DNA from: Eledone cirrhosa
Lineage: Eukaryota
Assembly (NCBI GenBank): GCA_964016885.1
Contig: OZ024743.1
Coordinates: forward strand, 347,076,001 to 347,140,000
Length of the DNA stretch: 64,000 nucleotides
Reading direction: 5' to 3'
Below the pieces are notes generated by a model. It was not told the origin of the DNA. It searched no databases and was given only the letters and a program-made list of their open reading frames with translations. This document shows positions 43,393 through 60,330 of this stretch, in pieces. Within the stretch, counting starts at the first letter, position 1; the number at the start of each line of letters is the position of its first letter. Both the position numbers and the translations under genes were made by a program.

Positions 43393-43798
43393 GTGTGTGT
43401 ATGATTGTGTATAGAAGATCATATTAATAAGAGGAATTCCAACTATGTCTGATTTACTCGTTTTATTTACAATCATTTAAAATGTATAATGGTATTATAA
43501 TGAAATAGTATGATAGAATATTAAATGTTAAGTGTTAATTGAACAAGTACTTTCATGCTTTCGCAATCTTCAGGTTCATAATGTGTGGTGACAGTCAAGT
43601 TTGCAATTTTCAACTTGAAAATTGCAAACTTGACTGTCACCACACATTATGAACCTGAAGATTGCGAACTTGACTGTCACCACACATTATGAACCTGAAG
43701 ATTGCGAAAGCATGAAAGTACATGTTCAATTAACACTTAACATTTAATATTCTATCATACTATTTCATTATAATACCATTATAAATGTTAAACGAGTG

Positions 43799-43802
<4 letters not shown>
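43390..43802. mobile_element. Fold-back element with an HHR on each arm (43540-43578 -, 43690-43728 +)
   Basis: Axis near 43616. HHR reads TGAAC-CTGAAGA-t-TGC-gaaa-GCA-t-GAAA-GTAC-TT-GTTCA; the right-arm copy has AT instead of TT. Internal ~40-bp duplication. Second copy at 48620-49020. Confidence 0.85.
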
Positions 43803-43885
<83 letters not shown>

Positions 43886-43980
43886 TTATTTATATATATA
43901 TAATTGGTGTTGGAGACTTAAAGCGTCGTTATGGGGTAGGCCGTTTGAGCACTCGCTGCTCTCATAGAGCAGAGTATAAC

Positions 43981-44260
43981 ACAGAAAAAAAGAGAATCAA
44001 TGCTACGACGAATGGAATTTATTGGACATATTACGATCGTTTCTCTGGTGACCATCTCGAGGCACGATCAATGTGATGATCGGACCTGACTCGGAAAATC
44101 GTGAGGTCCTCAGATACGTCTTGATGTATCTGAGGACGTTGCGATTTTCAGAGTCAGGTTCGATCATCACATCGATCGTGCTTCGAGCTGGTCGCCAGAG
44201 GAACGATTGTAATATGTCCAATATTCCTTTCGTCACAGCACCGATTCTCTTTTTTTCTGT
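43981..44260. mobile_element. Diverged fold-back element with an HHR on each arm (44025-44120 -, 44123-44218 +)
   Basis: The minus arm reads GACGTAT-CTGAGGA-(long stem II)-GAAAC-GATC-GTA-ATATGTC. Axis at ~44121. A related degenerate solo copy lies at 45521-45608. Confidence 0.8.
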
Positions 44261-44384
<124 letters not shown>

Positions 44385-44426
44385 GAGGTTATATTTAATT
44401 TGTGGGATACAACAAGCTAAAATATA

Positions 44427-44828
<402 letters not shown>

Positions 44829-44994
44829 CCGTATTTCCCAGCCTCGAAGACGATACTTTTTTCCTAAAATAAGTCTCAAAAATCTACCATACGTCGTGGA
44901 AGCTGAAGGTTGTTTATTAATTTCTTTCAAATTTGTTGTTGTCAAAATTAGGATGCGTCCTCGATGATAAAGCGCCTTCGGCGACTGAAAATAC

Positions 44995-44996
<2 letters not shown>
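44829..44996. mobile_element. Tc1/mariner-superfamily MITE
   Basis: Termini CCGTATTT.../...AAATACGG flanked by TA, inserted in (TA)n. Confidence 0.7.
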
Positions 44997-45077
<81 letters not shown>

Positions 45078-45081
<4 letters not shown>

Positions 45082-45472
45082 GGTGGCTGCCAACTCGTCT
45101 TCGAGTACGGCCACTACTTTATATCCATGTAGGAGAAACCCTACCGATGCGCTGAACGAGTGTGACCTTCCAGTCCAGCCAGCGACTTGAAAACTCTGGT
45201 ACAAACACTACACTTTTGACAATTATTGACACATAGTGCTGGGCCCATGGTACCATGTGATGACAAGTGCAGAGAGATCTCCAGATATAAAGCAATGACT
45301 GTGCCGTGAAGCTTTTATAGTAAGCAAAGGCACTGCACAAAGCCAGTCCCACTTTCATAACCAAGATGATATTTACCAAAAAGAAGAACAAGTCAAAATC
45401 ATTGGATAACATCAGGGTTGCAGGTGTTATATCAGAGTTTTCCTTCTCCTAGAATTCTGCCTTGACAAAGGC
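45078..45472 (-). mobile_element. Non-autonomous RTE-derived element, 5'-truncated copy
   Basis: Reverse complement of ~4267-4657. Confidence 0.85.
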
Positions 45473-46133
45473 AGAAGATATATATATATATAAAGAGAAT
45501 ATGCTCCGAAATCAATAGACGTGTACGAGGAACGTGCGAGTCTAGAGTCAGGTCGATTCACACACAGATCTTACCTCGAGCTGCTCGCCGGGGAAACAAT
45601 TGTAACACAATAAATTGATTTCCGATGCATCACTGATTATTCGTTTTCCATTCTATATATATATATTTGTTTTTTCTATCATATCGAGTAACGTAGAGCA
45701 AGTGGAAATGTAGGGAAGGATAGGATATGATAGGAAAAGAAATAAGAGAATATAAATTTATATCGTCTTTGTCAGAGAGATAATGTTAATGCATGTTAGA
45801 CCCGTCTTGAGTAATGAGTGGTACATGTGAAGTGAATGAATGATATGTTTAGAATTTTCTATAATAAAGCATGAAGAACTCAGAAATCGTATAGTATCTC
45901 TAAGGTGGGTTTTGCCCATTGAGCTGAGCAGGCGAGGTTTTCCAGAGAGACAGTAAAAACCTTTTTGAATTTTAAACAAATCTCGAAAATTTGACTTTGG
46001 GAGTAGAGGTAAATTTTGATGATTTTAAACACTGGAATATTTTTTTTTTTTTTCGCTAGTACAACCGCCATATCTCTTCCATTCGGTATTCTAGCCTTCT
46101 CCATTACATTATTTTGTATATATATATATATAT

Positions 46134-46530
46134 TTATTTATTAAAATAACAAAATAACAGATTAAAGTTTAAGCAAAGAATCGTGGTTTTGTCTTTGCGT
46201 GTAATTGTTTTCAACGTTCCAAATAATGACGTATTATCTTCGTTTTTTTCCCGTTCTTTGCCAGGGAACGTTTCCACGAACCAAAGTATCGTCTTCCTTC
46301 CTGTCTTCCTTCGGTCGGTTGCAACGTTTTTCGAAATATTTACTTCTGCGTTCAAAGATTGATTTTTTTTTCCGAAGCTCCCGTTAAGGGTGAAAGCAGC
46401 GATTCTTTGCTTAAACTTTAATCTATTATTTTAATAAATATTTGCTCTACGGTTCTTATATATCTGATATATATTTATCCTTATCGAGCCCTATTTGTAT
46501 TTTAGTCTTCAAATTGATTATTATTACTAT
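46134..46530 (+). mobile_element. Solo terminal repeat of the Naiad-type PLE with a short inverted 5' segment
   Basis: 46183-46530 matches 61197-61550. 46134-46183 is the inverse of 46401-46442. The HHR core is decayed. Confidence 0.85.
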
Positions 46531-46772
46531 ATATATATATATATATATATATTCTTTATCCTGGTTAAGATATAAATCTTCTTATTGTCGAGTTTCACCT
46601 GTGTATTCACAGGATCATCATCTAGTCAAATTACAGTGTCTACACGGGTGAAACTCCCGAATAATATATCTCATCACATATCCTAATGCAGAATATTTAA
46701 ACTCTACTTCGTTACTGATTACACATTCTCCCGTCCATCAATATCACAGGGACATATATATGTAAGTATATG

Positions 46773-46847
<75 letters not shown>

Positions 46848-47200
46848 GATAACAAAATATTTGTATAGGTAATCCAGTTAGAGGTTGTGAATACTTCGTA
46901 TTGTGGATAGTTTTAGCTTACGGCGTTGTTTGACTTAACAAGAGGTTACAGTAGGTGGCGAGTTTATGAGTTCTCTTGCATTCCTATGTGAGTTATATAT
47001 ATATATATATATATGTAACTTATATATATATATAAATATATATAATATAGAAATGGCTTCTATATGGCTAGAACTGTTTCATTCGAATAAAACAGTTCTA
47101 GTCCTGTAGAATCCATTATATATTAAATATGTATACTCTGCTATGTATTGAGCACCTTATTACTGTGGTTACCCGACACACACACACACACACAAACACA

Positions 47201-47305
<105 letters not shown>

Positions 47306-47624
47306 TATATATATATGTGTTTGTGTGTGTATGTGTGTGTGTATGTGTGTGTGTATGATGTTCGTGACCAATATAATTGAATACAAATTTATAGTTATTT
47401 ATTTATTAAGAAACAAATGAAATGCTAAAGATGGAGACACTATTGATAAATGAATGATATGTTTCCATAACAGCATTTTATCATTTCCTTCGTTAATATT
47501 TGTTTTCAATTTTTTGCTTGTTCTTTATTTAATGATTAATTTATGTCTTCTTCTTCTTCTTCTTCTTCTTCTTCTTCTTCTTCTTCTTCTTCTGTCATAA
47601 AAAATAAAGTAATCATTATTATTG

Positions 47625-47822
47625 CGGTGGATTGGCAGTATCGGTAGAGGGTCGAACGCCATGCTTTCCAGCATAGTTACGTCCCTTTACGATCTGAGTT
47701 CAAATCCCGCCGATGTTGACTTTGCCTTTCATCCTTACGGGGTCGATAAAATAAAGTACCAGTAATGCACTGCGTAATTGCTGGCCTTGTGCCTAAAGTA
47801 GAAACAATTATTATTATTATTA
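47625..47822 (+). mobile_element. GGTGGATTGGCAG-family SINE
   Basis: Complete head, B box, core and ATT tail. Confidence 0.92.
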
Positions 47823-48102
47823 TGGCTGAGTATGTGCCTGTAAATTGAAGGTGGAAAACTTGGAGAGGGCACTTGCCCTGGTGGTCAGAGTCACCGTGGC
47901 TTTTTTAATGGGCTTTCTACACGATGGCCTTCGGAAGTCCCCCCCCCCCCCCTATTGGGGAATTTTTAGTTGTTCTTTTTTTGTTACTTCCTCTGTTTTT
48001 TGTTTTTTTACACGCAGAAATACCCATTTGTAACGTCGTGTATTGTCCTGTACTATCCTTAATGTCTCACTTTGTGTAAACCCCTGTGGTTAATAAAGAA
48101 AC

Positions 48103-48135
<33 letters not shown>
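47823..48135 (+). mobile_element. Tx1 3'UTR fragment directly following the SINE (ATT)n tail
   Basis: GAGAGGGCACTTGCCCTGGTGGTCAGAGTCACCGTGG..CCCTATTGGGGAATTTT..AATAAAGAAACCATTATT matches 36100-36430. Confidence 0.85.
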
Positions 48136-48582
48136 CGTCGTCATCGTCATCATAATGATAATAATAATAATAATAACAACAATAATAATAATTGTTGTTG
48201 TTCTCATTTTCCTGTATTAATTTATTCATTGTCGCTTTCTTCTCAACCTCTCCCCTTTGCATTAAACAATACCAATAAAGAAACAATCACTGGATCAAGA
48301 AAAAAAGTGAATAAACACATCGGCACGATTGAGTTTCTCGTTAGAAAACGGAAGTGTATAACACCAACTCTCCGTAATAAGTGATGTTGGATGCAATGAT
48401 TGATAATGTGACTAAATACAAGGCAACCAGGTGTATATAATAAATAATCTAATAGATTGTTATCTCGTAAGCCTCAGTAAATATAGGATTAAATACTAAA
48501 GTAGCGATAATAATAACGAAGATAATAATCATATTAATAATAGCAGCATCAACAACAATAGCAGCAACAATAACAAAACACC

Positions 48583-48619
<37 letters not shown>

Positions 48620-48623
<4 letters not shown>

Positions 48624-49021
48624 TAAAAGAAATTCCAACTTTGTCTGATTTACTCGTTTTATTTACAATCATTTAAAATTTATAATGGTATTATAATGAA
48701 ATAGTATGATAGAATATTAAATGTTAAGTGTTAATTGAACAAGTACTTTCATGCTTTCGCAATCTTCAGGTTCATAATATCTGGTGACATTCAAGTTTGC
48801 AATTTTCAACAGTTGAAAATTGCAAACTTGACTGTCAACACACATTATGGACCTGAAGATTGCGAAAGCATGAAAGTACTTGTTCAATTAACACTTAACA
48901 TTTAATATTCTATCATACTATTTCATTATAATACCATTATAAATTTTAAATGATTGTAAATAAAGTTGGAATTCCTTTTATTAATATAATCTTCTATACA
49001 CAATCATACACACTCGTGTAT
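48620..49021. mobile_element. Fold-back element, second copy, with an HHR on each arm (48736-48774 -, 48848-48886 +)
   Basis: Axis at ~48811. Sequence nearly identical to 43390-43802. Confidence 0.87.
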
Positions 49022-49046
49022 ATTTATCTATCTATATATCTATCTA

Positions 49047-49147
<101 letters not shown>

Positions 49148-49160
49148 ATATATATATATA

Positions 49161-49192
<32 letters not shown>

Positions 49193-49213
49193 TACGTGTG
49201 TGTGTGCGTGTGT

Positions 49214-49273
<60 letters not shown>

Positions 49274-49492
49274 GGGCCATTCACGCTTATAGAATGTGTT
49301 GAAAAAGAGGACTAGAAAGATGTGTGTAACTATATATATTTGTCACAATAAAATAACCATGTGACGAGCCAAGGACACAATACATATATGATGACATATC
49401 AAACTTCTTTTAATTATCACAATGAAGTAAATGCTCTTAAATGAATCCCCCCACCCCATATACATACACACACAAACACACACACGCACACG

Positions 49493-49610
<118 letters not shown>

Positions 49611-49701
49611 AAAGGTACACAGAAATAACAACACAATCGGTACAGTATATGGAAGGGATATATTAGGTTAACGCTTGATATAGCAGGAAGAGAGGAAGAG
49701 G

Positions 49702-49739
49702 TTCTTAATGTTTCGGACGCTACTCCTTCACCAGAAGAA
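49702..49739 (-). ncRNA. Degenerate minimal hammerhead motif
   Basis: TTCTT-CTGGTGA-a-GGA-gtagcg-TCC-GAAAC-ATT-AAGAA. One core substitution (CTGGTGA). Confidence 0.55.
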
Positions 49740-49847
49740 AGAATGAGAAATAAGATAGATTGTGGGGACGGGCGGGATCGAATTGGAAAAATTGTCATTA
49801 AATAAAACTAACAGGTCCATTCATGTTGACATCTCTTGCATATATAT

Positions 49848-50694
<847 letters not shown>

Positions 50695-51634
50695 TTAATT
50701 AAACATGAATAAAACATAAAACAAATAGTGGAAAACTGCCCAAAATCTTATTAAAACCTATCACCTGGATTCGATCAATGCATTCCACAATGTTCAAGAA
50801 TAAACTTGTTTATGTATTCCAGAAATATGTACATACATATTAATTCCAAGGGTGTCCGAATGCAAATCAGGGATTAAAGTGAGTGAGAAAAGCTCCATAT
50901 AGGAGTGTAGAATACTCGTATTTCATATTAGCTCTCTATCACTTTTTTGTTCCATATAGTCGAAACACATCTCCTCCTAAATCAACTTTCATCATTTTTC
51001 ATTTCTATCTCTATATTATTCAAAATTGTTTATCTGTATCTCATTGTGTATTCGAAGCAATATAAACTAAATTCAGTTGCTAGGAAAGCCCAGGAAAAGC
51101 GATAGGTACTTCTTTTCAATGACATTTTACCATTCTTTTCCATCCTTTATCTTATCCTCTTTGTGGAAAGATAATGGAGTAGTATTACTTCTTGAGACAT
51201 TGCAGAAGGGACCCCAAATCTTCGGGTTTTTTGGCAATGAGGATGATGCTAAATATTTTGCTCTTTTCGAAGCTAAATGATTCAGTGCGGCTTTGATACG
51301 TTAAAAACAATAGCTTCGTACATCTGCTGCTGTTTTTGTTGTCTCTGGTCCACTTGCTTTCTTATTCTTAATCACTTTTGTTTAAATAAACCCCTCCCCA
51401 CGTTGTTTCTTCCTTCCATAACTGCATATTTTGAATTAAATCTCAAACTGAAAGACTTTTACAAAAGAGTAAAATGCTATTTTAAAAAGAAATCAGCTGT
51501 CCAGGTATAAAGAAGTTAAAAACAGATAAACTATCTCTCGTGGCTCAGAAGCATTCCTCTCAAAGGTTTACCTCTGAACGCTTTTTACTCTTATCGTTGA
51601 AAACGGAAATAGATTTAACAGAATGAATTGAAAT

Positions 51635-51785
51635 AATGATTTCTGATTTAGGCACAAGGCCAGCAATTTGAAGGGGAGAGGAATGTCGATTAAATCGACT
51701 CCAGTGCATTTTTTGTATTTTATTTTATCGACCCCGTAGGGATGAAAGGCAAAGCTAACCTCGGTGGGATTTGAACTCAGAAAGT
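51635..51785 (-). mobile_element. SINE copy (5'-truncated)
   Basis: Core and tail motifs on the minus strand. Confidence 0.85.
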
Positions 51786-52898
51786 AAAAGGCAGTAATTC
51801 TATTCCACAACGTATATTTAATTGAAATAATGAACACTATATTGAAGTCTTATATTTTCTCATATGCCATCACTATATACAATTTATTCGAACTCAATAA
51901 AAGTTTTACGGAGAAATAAATTATAAAACTGTGAGGAAATATCAGTAAGAACTAATTTGTGGATGGACAAGTTTAGCAAAAACATAATTGAAATATGCCA
52001 CATTGTAGAGAACAATGCACACAGAAAATAAACATTCGACTGTCCATAGTATTGAGTACTGAGCCACCTGCAACATCAACATAAAAAGCATCATGACACA
52101 TCTCGTAAAAAACATTTAAACACCAAAATAATACAACACAATAAAGATCACCAACGGAGAAAGAGCAGTCATTCAAACCAAATCGAAAACATTACAATCT
52201 CATCACAGTGTAAAATAGAAAACGATTACAGCAACGAAAAGGACTAAAACTGATAGATGTAATCAGAGTTTCCATTTATTCACTGGTTCAAAGATATAGC
52301 CACGACAAATTATACTAATGTCTCAACAGTTAACAACAACCATAATATAAACACACACCACATCAGATTCAGCGGAATTAATATTGAGCAAATTTTAAGA
52401 CGATCAATAAAGAAAATAGATCATAATGAAATCGATGAACACGTATCGAGGTACACATCAGTTCCAATTTCACACAAACAAACAGAAACATGAAATAATA
52501 AATACGTATATAGGGTTTTGCAAACAGTTCAGCCGGATATCAACATAAGTAATGATATATTCCAAACAATATCCAGTACTAATTGATATCAGTGCAGTTA
52601 ATAAAATGTCAGTCCTCTGGCATTTAACAATGGCACTGTTGTGATAATTAGGTTGGTGTCAGTGGTTTGAGGGCTTGACCTGTGGTGTATATGACGTCGT
52701 TTCTGTATCGGATGTAGCCAAGTTAGCTGATTTACACTATTATGCGCCATGCTTCAAACAGATGCTGGCTAACCTGCTGTCTTCACATACTGTGAGCGTT
52801 GTGTCCTGGTTGTAAATAAACATACACATGAATGCATACATGTATGCATACATACACACACATATATATATATGTGTGTGTATATATATATATGCATA

Positions 52899-52977
<79 letters not shown>

Positions 52978-52996
52978 ATATATATATATGTATATA

Positions 52997-54211
<1,215 letters not shown>

Positions 54212-54301
54212 CACTACTCCGGAGTAACCAAACCAACCTGCGCACTTCGTTGAGTGCTCCAGCCTGCATACTGAGGTGTTGGTATACAACCAACATAAAC
54301 T

Positions 54302-54345
<44 letters not shown>

Positions 54346-54421
54346 CGAAGTAAATGTGGTAAGGAACCAGGTGGACCATAACGCACCAAAGTACTCAATA
54401 CTTAGGGTAGTAGAGTGGGTA

Positions 54422-54537
54422 ATAGGAACAAGTAAGACACCGACGGCTGAGCTCAAGCCGTTTCGACGGCTAATTCTGGACAGAATTAGCCGTCGAAACG
54501 GCGTGAGCTCAGCCGTCAGGGTCTTTCTTGTTCCTAT
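54422..54537. repeat. Short palindrome made of two 3'-half hammerheads
   Basis: GAAACGGC-gtgagctca-GCCGTC on each arm; no CTGANGA half. Confidence 0.6.
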
Positions 54538-54642
54538 ATATATATATATATATATATACATATATAAACGGGAGCTTCCAACAGAAATGGTGGCATTCTT
54601 TAAGGGTATGTCAATATTTATTTATAAAACTGATCTATATTA

Positions 54643-54707
54643 TATTTTATCTGATGAAAGCACACCATAATTTAACTTGGTGTCCTTGAAATATGTATAA
54701 TGAAATA
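54643..54707 (+). ncRNA. Type I hammerhead ribozyme in a solo PLE terminal repeat (~54570-54836)
   Basis: TATTTTAT-CTGATGA-..ACACCA..TGGTGT..-GAAA-TATGTA-TA-ATGAAATA. Confidence 0.75.
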
Positions 54708-54835
54708 AATATCGTTTTATAAATATAGTTTCCATTTGTTAATATATTGTATTTTTACTCCAATAATTTGTTGAGTGTTTATATTAGTTATAAAAATATT
54801 TGCTTGTTGTATCCCAACAATTAAAATAGAACTTC

Positions 54836-54873
<38 letters not shown>

Positions 54874-54890
54874 TGTATATAAATATATAC

Positions 54891-54923
<33 letters not shown>

Positions 54924-54924
54924 C

Positions 54925-55977
<1,053 letters not shown>

Positions 55978-56034
55978 TGTATGTATGTATGTATGTATGT
56001 ATGTATGTATGTATGTATGTATGTATGTATGTAT

Positions 56035-56660
56035 GTCAGGTCACCAGTTGGTGCTACTGGTAACATGTATCCCAGTACAACCTGTCTCATGGTCGGGTCG
56101 TTGGCGACTAAACTGGCAACCCCACCAAGGTTTCTTGGTGAGGAGGGTGGCTTTGGACATCCTGCAGGACTAAAAACAAAACCTATCAAAAGGCAAAGGG
56201 GCTCTTAAGAGTCAATAGCCATCCAAAATCACCGGGAGAGATGACCCCTTAGCCTTTGTCAAGGCAGAATTCTAGGAGAAGGAAAACTCTGATATAACAC
56301 CTGCAACCCTGATGGTATCCAATGATGTTGAATTGTTCTTCTTTTTGGTAAATATCATCTTGGTTAAGAGAGTGGGACTGGCTTTGTGCAGTGCCATTGC
56401 TCACTATAAAAGCTTCACAGCACAGGCATTGCTTTATATCTGGAGATCTCTCTGCACTTGCCGTCACATGGTACCATGGGCCCAGCACTGTGTCAATAAT
56501 TGTCACAGTTGTAGTGTTTGTACCAGAGTTTTCAAGTCGCTGGCTGGACTAAAAAGTCACACTCGTTCAGCGCATCGGTAGGGGTTCTCCTACATGGATA
56601 TAAAGTAGTGGCCGTACTCGAAAACGAGTCGGCAGCCACCATGTATGTATGTATGTATAT
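56035..56660 (+). mobile_element. Non-autonomous bipartite RTE-derived element, copy 2
   Basis: Same 5' start (GTCAGGTCACCAG) and 3' end as 4050-4668. Encodes a CSVCTRVFKSLAGLKSHTRSAH remnant. Confidence 0.85.
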
Positions 56661-56700
56661 ATGTGTGTGTATGTACACTTCTAAATTGAGAGTTAAACTT

Positions 56701-57817
56701 TAGGTAGTATTTGGCTGCGCTGTCTAGCAACCAGCCTACTCGCCGAAAGGCACCAATCACAAGCTTTCTAACTTGACCACTAGCCACGTGACAATTCTTA
56801 GCCATTTTGATTTCGTTTCTGGCGGGGATCATTTAAGAAAAATCTTTGTCCAATTGAGTTTGTCTCCTGATGATTTCGAAATTTGTTGATTTATCCAACA
56901 TAGGATATTTCCAAAAAGCGAATGAAATCTTCGTGGGTAGAGATATATTTGGTGATTTTGGTATGTTTATGTACACTTTTTCTTCTAACTTTGATTTTGT
57001 ACCTAATTATGTATGGTTAACTGTATGTCTAGTCAATTTATACAGGCTATCAGAAATACTAGGTAAATTTTATGTGGCTGTGAATCGCGGATAAAAAGCT
57101 GTCATTTATTTATCTATTATTTCTTCATAGGTATATTCTAAACTTATAGCCTCGTTTAAATGATTTTTTGTATGGTTGATTTAGCTGATTGGAAGAAGAA
57201 ATACTGTATATATTTTATCTAATGATTCTATGGACTTACTTTCTTGTATGTTGCTCTGATTGTTGATTATTTAATTAATTAATTCTTCATTGAGCCACAC
57301 CGTGAATGGTTGGCAAAAACATATATATATATGGCTCTGTCTATTTTATGTGTATGTAAGTTCTAAATTTTATATACTCCCGTAAGGTTCAGTAATAGTT
57401 TAGGCAGTATTCGGCTGCGCTTTCTAACAACCAGCCTACTCGTCGACAGGCACCAATCACAAGCTTTCTGACTTGACCACTAGCCACGTGACAATTCTTA
57501 GCCATTTTGAATTCGTTTCTGGCGGGGATCATTTAAGAAAAATATATGTCCAATTGAGTTTGTCTCCTGATGATTTCGAAACTCGTTGATATATACAAGA
57601 TCAGATATTTCCAAAAAAGCGAATGAAACTCCGGTGGTAGAGATATATTTGGTGATTTTGGTATGTTTATGTACACTTTTTCTTCTAACTTTGATTTTGT
57701 ACCTAATTTTGTATGGTTAACCGTCTAGTCAATTTATACAGGGTATCAGAAATACTAGGTCAATGTTCTGTGGCTGTGAATCGCGGATAAAAAGGTATCA
57801 TTTATTTATTTATTATT
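56701..57817. repeat. Two ~420-bp direct repeats 700 bp apart (56701-57121, 57401-57817)
   Basis: Collinear similarity beginning TAGGyAGTATTyGGCTGCGC and ending ATTTATTTAT.TATTATTT. Confidence 0.9.
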
Positions 57818-57825
57818 TATTAGAG

Positions 57826-57864
<39 letters not shown>

Positions 57865-57867
57865 GAT

Positions 57868-57953
<86 letters not shown>

Positions 57954-57995
57954 GTCGAAATGGACGGAGCTCAGCCATCTGGGTCCCGAATCTTA

Positions 57996-58026
<31 letters not shown>

Positions 58027-58078
58027 TCTCTCTCTCTCTATCTATCTCTATCTCTATATATCTATCTATCTATCTCTC

Positions 58079-58172
<94 letters not shown>

Positions 58173-58206
58173 GTATGTATATATATATATATATCTTATA
58201 TTCATT

Positions 58207-60330
58207 ATGCAGAATACAACATCTGAATATTTCTATAAAGATAATACCCGTACCAAACAAGAAAACATACATAAAACTCCTGATACAGAAAACAGACTCG
58301 TTCATTAAAAGATTGCTTCGGCGTGCCTTTTATTTCGATAATCAGGAAAAAGCGGACAATAAGCTGGATAAATTTGGTTTTGAAACATACAATAACCCTC
58401 CGAGTAACCCACCATTGCTACCCTTCGAAAATTATGTTTGGAATTCATACGGAGTATCACATTTCGTAATAGGAGCAATTCCTTCCAGCAGGACCGGAGG
58501 AATAGATTTCGTTCTATTAAGGATTCAAATATCCGTGCACGTCCACTCCGACAGAACTGGCAATCTATATCAAGTGGAGCGCAGTACTTACCATCAACTG
58601 CTACATAATGCTGTAACTAAGGATTACCGTAAAACAAATCGGAGCGTCATTAATGACATCAACGATGCTGGGTTTAAAATCACCTCTGATCTCAACACCC
58701 AGGACAGGACTGAAACTCTGGACCCTATTTCTCCAATTTTACGCTGAAGGATCACAAATCCAATTTCCCCAACAACCCCTCTATTCTGCTTATTAACCCT
58801 ACGAAGTCCGATTTAGGTAGTCTTAGTAAAATGATTTAAGATAGAATTTTACCTGAAATTAGAAGCTTGGCCCCTCTTGCACTGTGGAACAATTCTTTCG
58901 CGATGATTGATTGGTTCAACGGCATATGCAACAAGGAAAATTGCCGTTTTATCCAATTCGACACCAATAATTAGTACTCCTCCATCACTTTACCACTTCT
59001 ACTTAGAGCTATCCGTTTCGCTAAAACGCTCACGGTGGTTAAGGATTTCGAAGCTGATGTCATCCTCAATGCCCGTAAGTCGGTGATTAATTTCGACGGC
59101 TCTATTTGGATTAAAAAATCTAATAGTACGCCATTCACCGTGAGTATGGGCGCCAGCGATTCTGCGGAGGTTACTGATCGTATCGGCCTTTGCCTTCTTT
59201 TCTCTATCAAGGAAGAATTCCCCAATGTGGGCTGTGGTTTGTACCGTGATGACGGTATTTTGACCATTACTAAGTACGGCCCACGCGCTTGCGATAGGTT
59301 CAGAAAAGAACTCACAGCCTTCTTTAAAGGCTTCAACCTCTCCATACAGGTTGAGGCCAACCTCTCGGTCGTTAATTACCTCGACGTTACCCTCAATTTG
59401 TCGAATGGCTTGCACTACCCGTATAGAAAGCCGAATGATACGCTTAATTACATAAGTAAGCATTCTAACCATCCTGCCAGCATAACCTAGAACCTGGTAA
59501 GAAACGTTTTTTTGAGGCTTTGCCGTCTATCTACAAACGAGCATATTTTCACTGACTATTCCACATATTACAATGAAGCTCTTGCTCGGAGTGGATTTGT
59601 CGATAAGGTAGCATATACTGAGTATGAGAATAGACCTAGGAAAAAATAGATCCCGTCGCATTATATGGTATAACCCACCATATAATATGGAGGTGGCCAC
59701 ACCATTAGCTAAGATTTTTCTCTCCCTTATTAAGAACCACTTCCCCCCAGCACATAAATATAATAACATTTTTAATAGAAATACCATTAGAATGTCTTAC
59801 TCTACGACTCCTAACCTTGCACATAACATCACCGCTTCATATTTAGGTAAATTACCTAGCCGTAGGAACACGTGCAAGCCTGCCGCTAGTACTAACTGTA
59901 ATTGTAGGAATCGGGTTGACTGCCCCCTATCCGGTAAATGCCTCCCCAGTAACATTGTCTGCAAATGTAAGGTTGAAACACCCACGTCCGTAGGGCCTAC
60001 ATAGGATTAACCGCCAATAGATTCAAGCAGCAGCGTCTTTACATGCATACCCATTTTTTCTTAACCCTTTAAGAAGGAATATGACGTCACTTTCAGCTTA
60101 TATCTGGAGTCTAAAAGACAACCACACCCAATATAGTTTACACTGGGAGACCCTAGATTAGGCTAGATCGTACAACGGAAATAAAAGACCTTGCGACCTC
60201 TGCGCCGCTGAAGCCCGGAAATACTCTACGCCACAGTCCACATCTTAAACAAAAAATCTGAGGCAATTTCGGCTTGTAAACATAAATTGCAATCAACTTT
60301 CCGGTATTACAGCCCCACATTATACCCTAA
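58207..60330 (+). pseudogene. PLE reverse transcriptase plus GIY-YIG endonuclease (frameshifts and stops)
   Basis: SIKIIPVP..FIKRL, TLKDHKSNF..LINPTKSDLG, IQFD, MGASDSAEVTD, GLYRDDG, NYLDVTL, PYRKPN, IIWYNPPY, CNCRNRVDCPLSGKC (CxCx5Cx5C), YIGLTANRFK, CDLC, CKH. Confidence 0.93.

Noticed and set aside
45758-46104. Possible GIY-YIG C-terminal remnant or host exon on the minus strand
   Set aside because: No diagnostic motif could be read with confidence.
51990-52560. Possible very old PLE RT-thumb remnant
   Set aside because: Only faint HRK.TF..SH..HK similarity with many stops; not supportable without a profile search.
58207-60330. Selenocysteine-encoding Naiad (some Naiads use in-frame UGA)
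   Set aside because: Conserved Cys positions that I could read are normal Cys codons, and the interruptions seen are TAA/TAG or frameshifts. No SECIS recognised.
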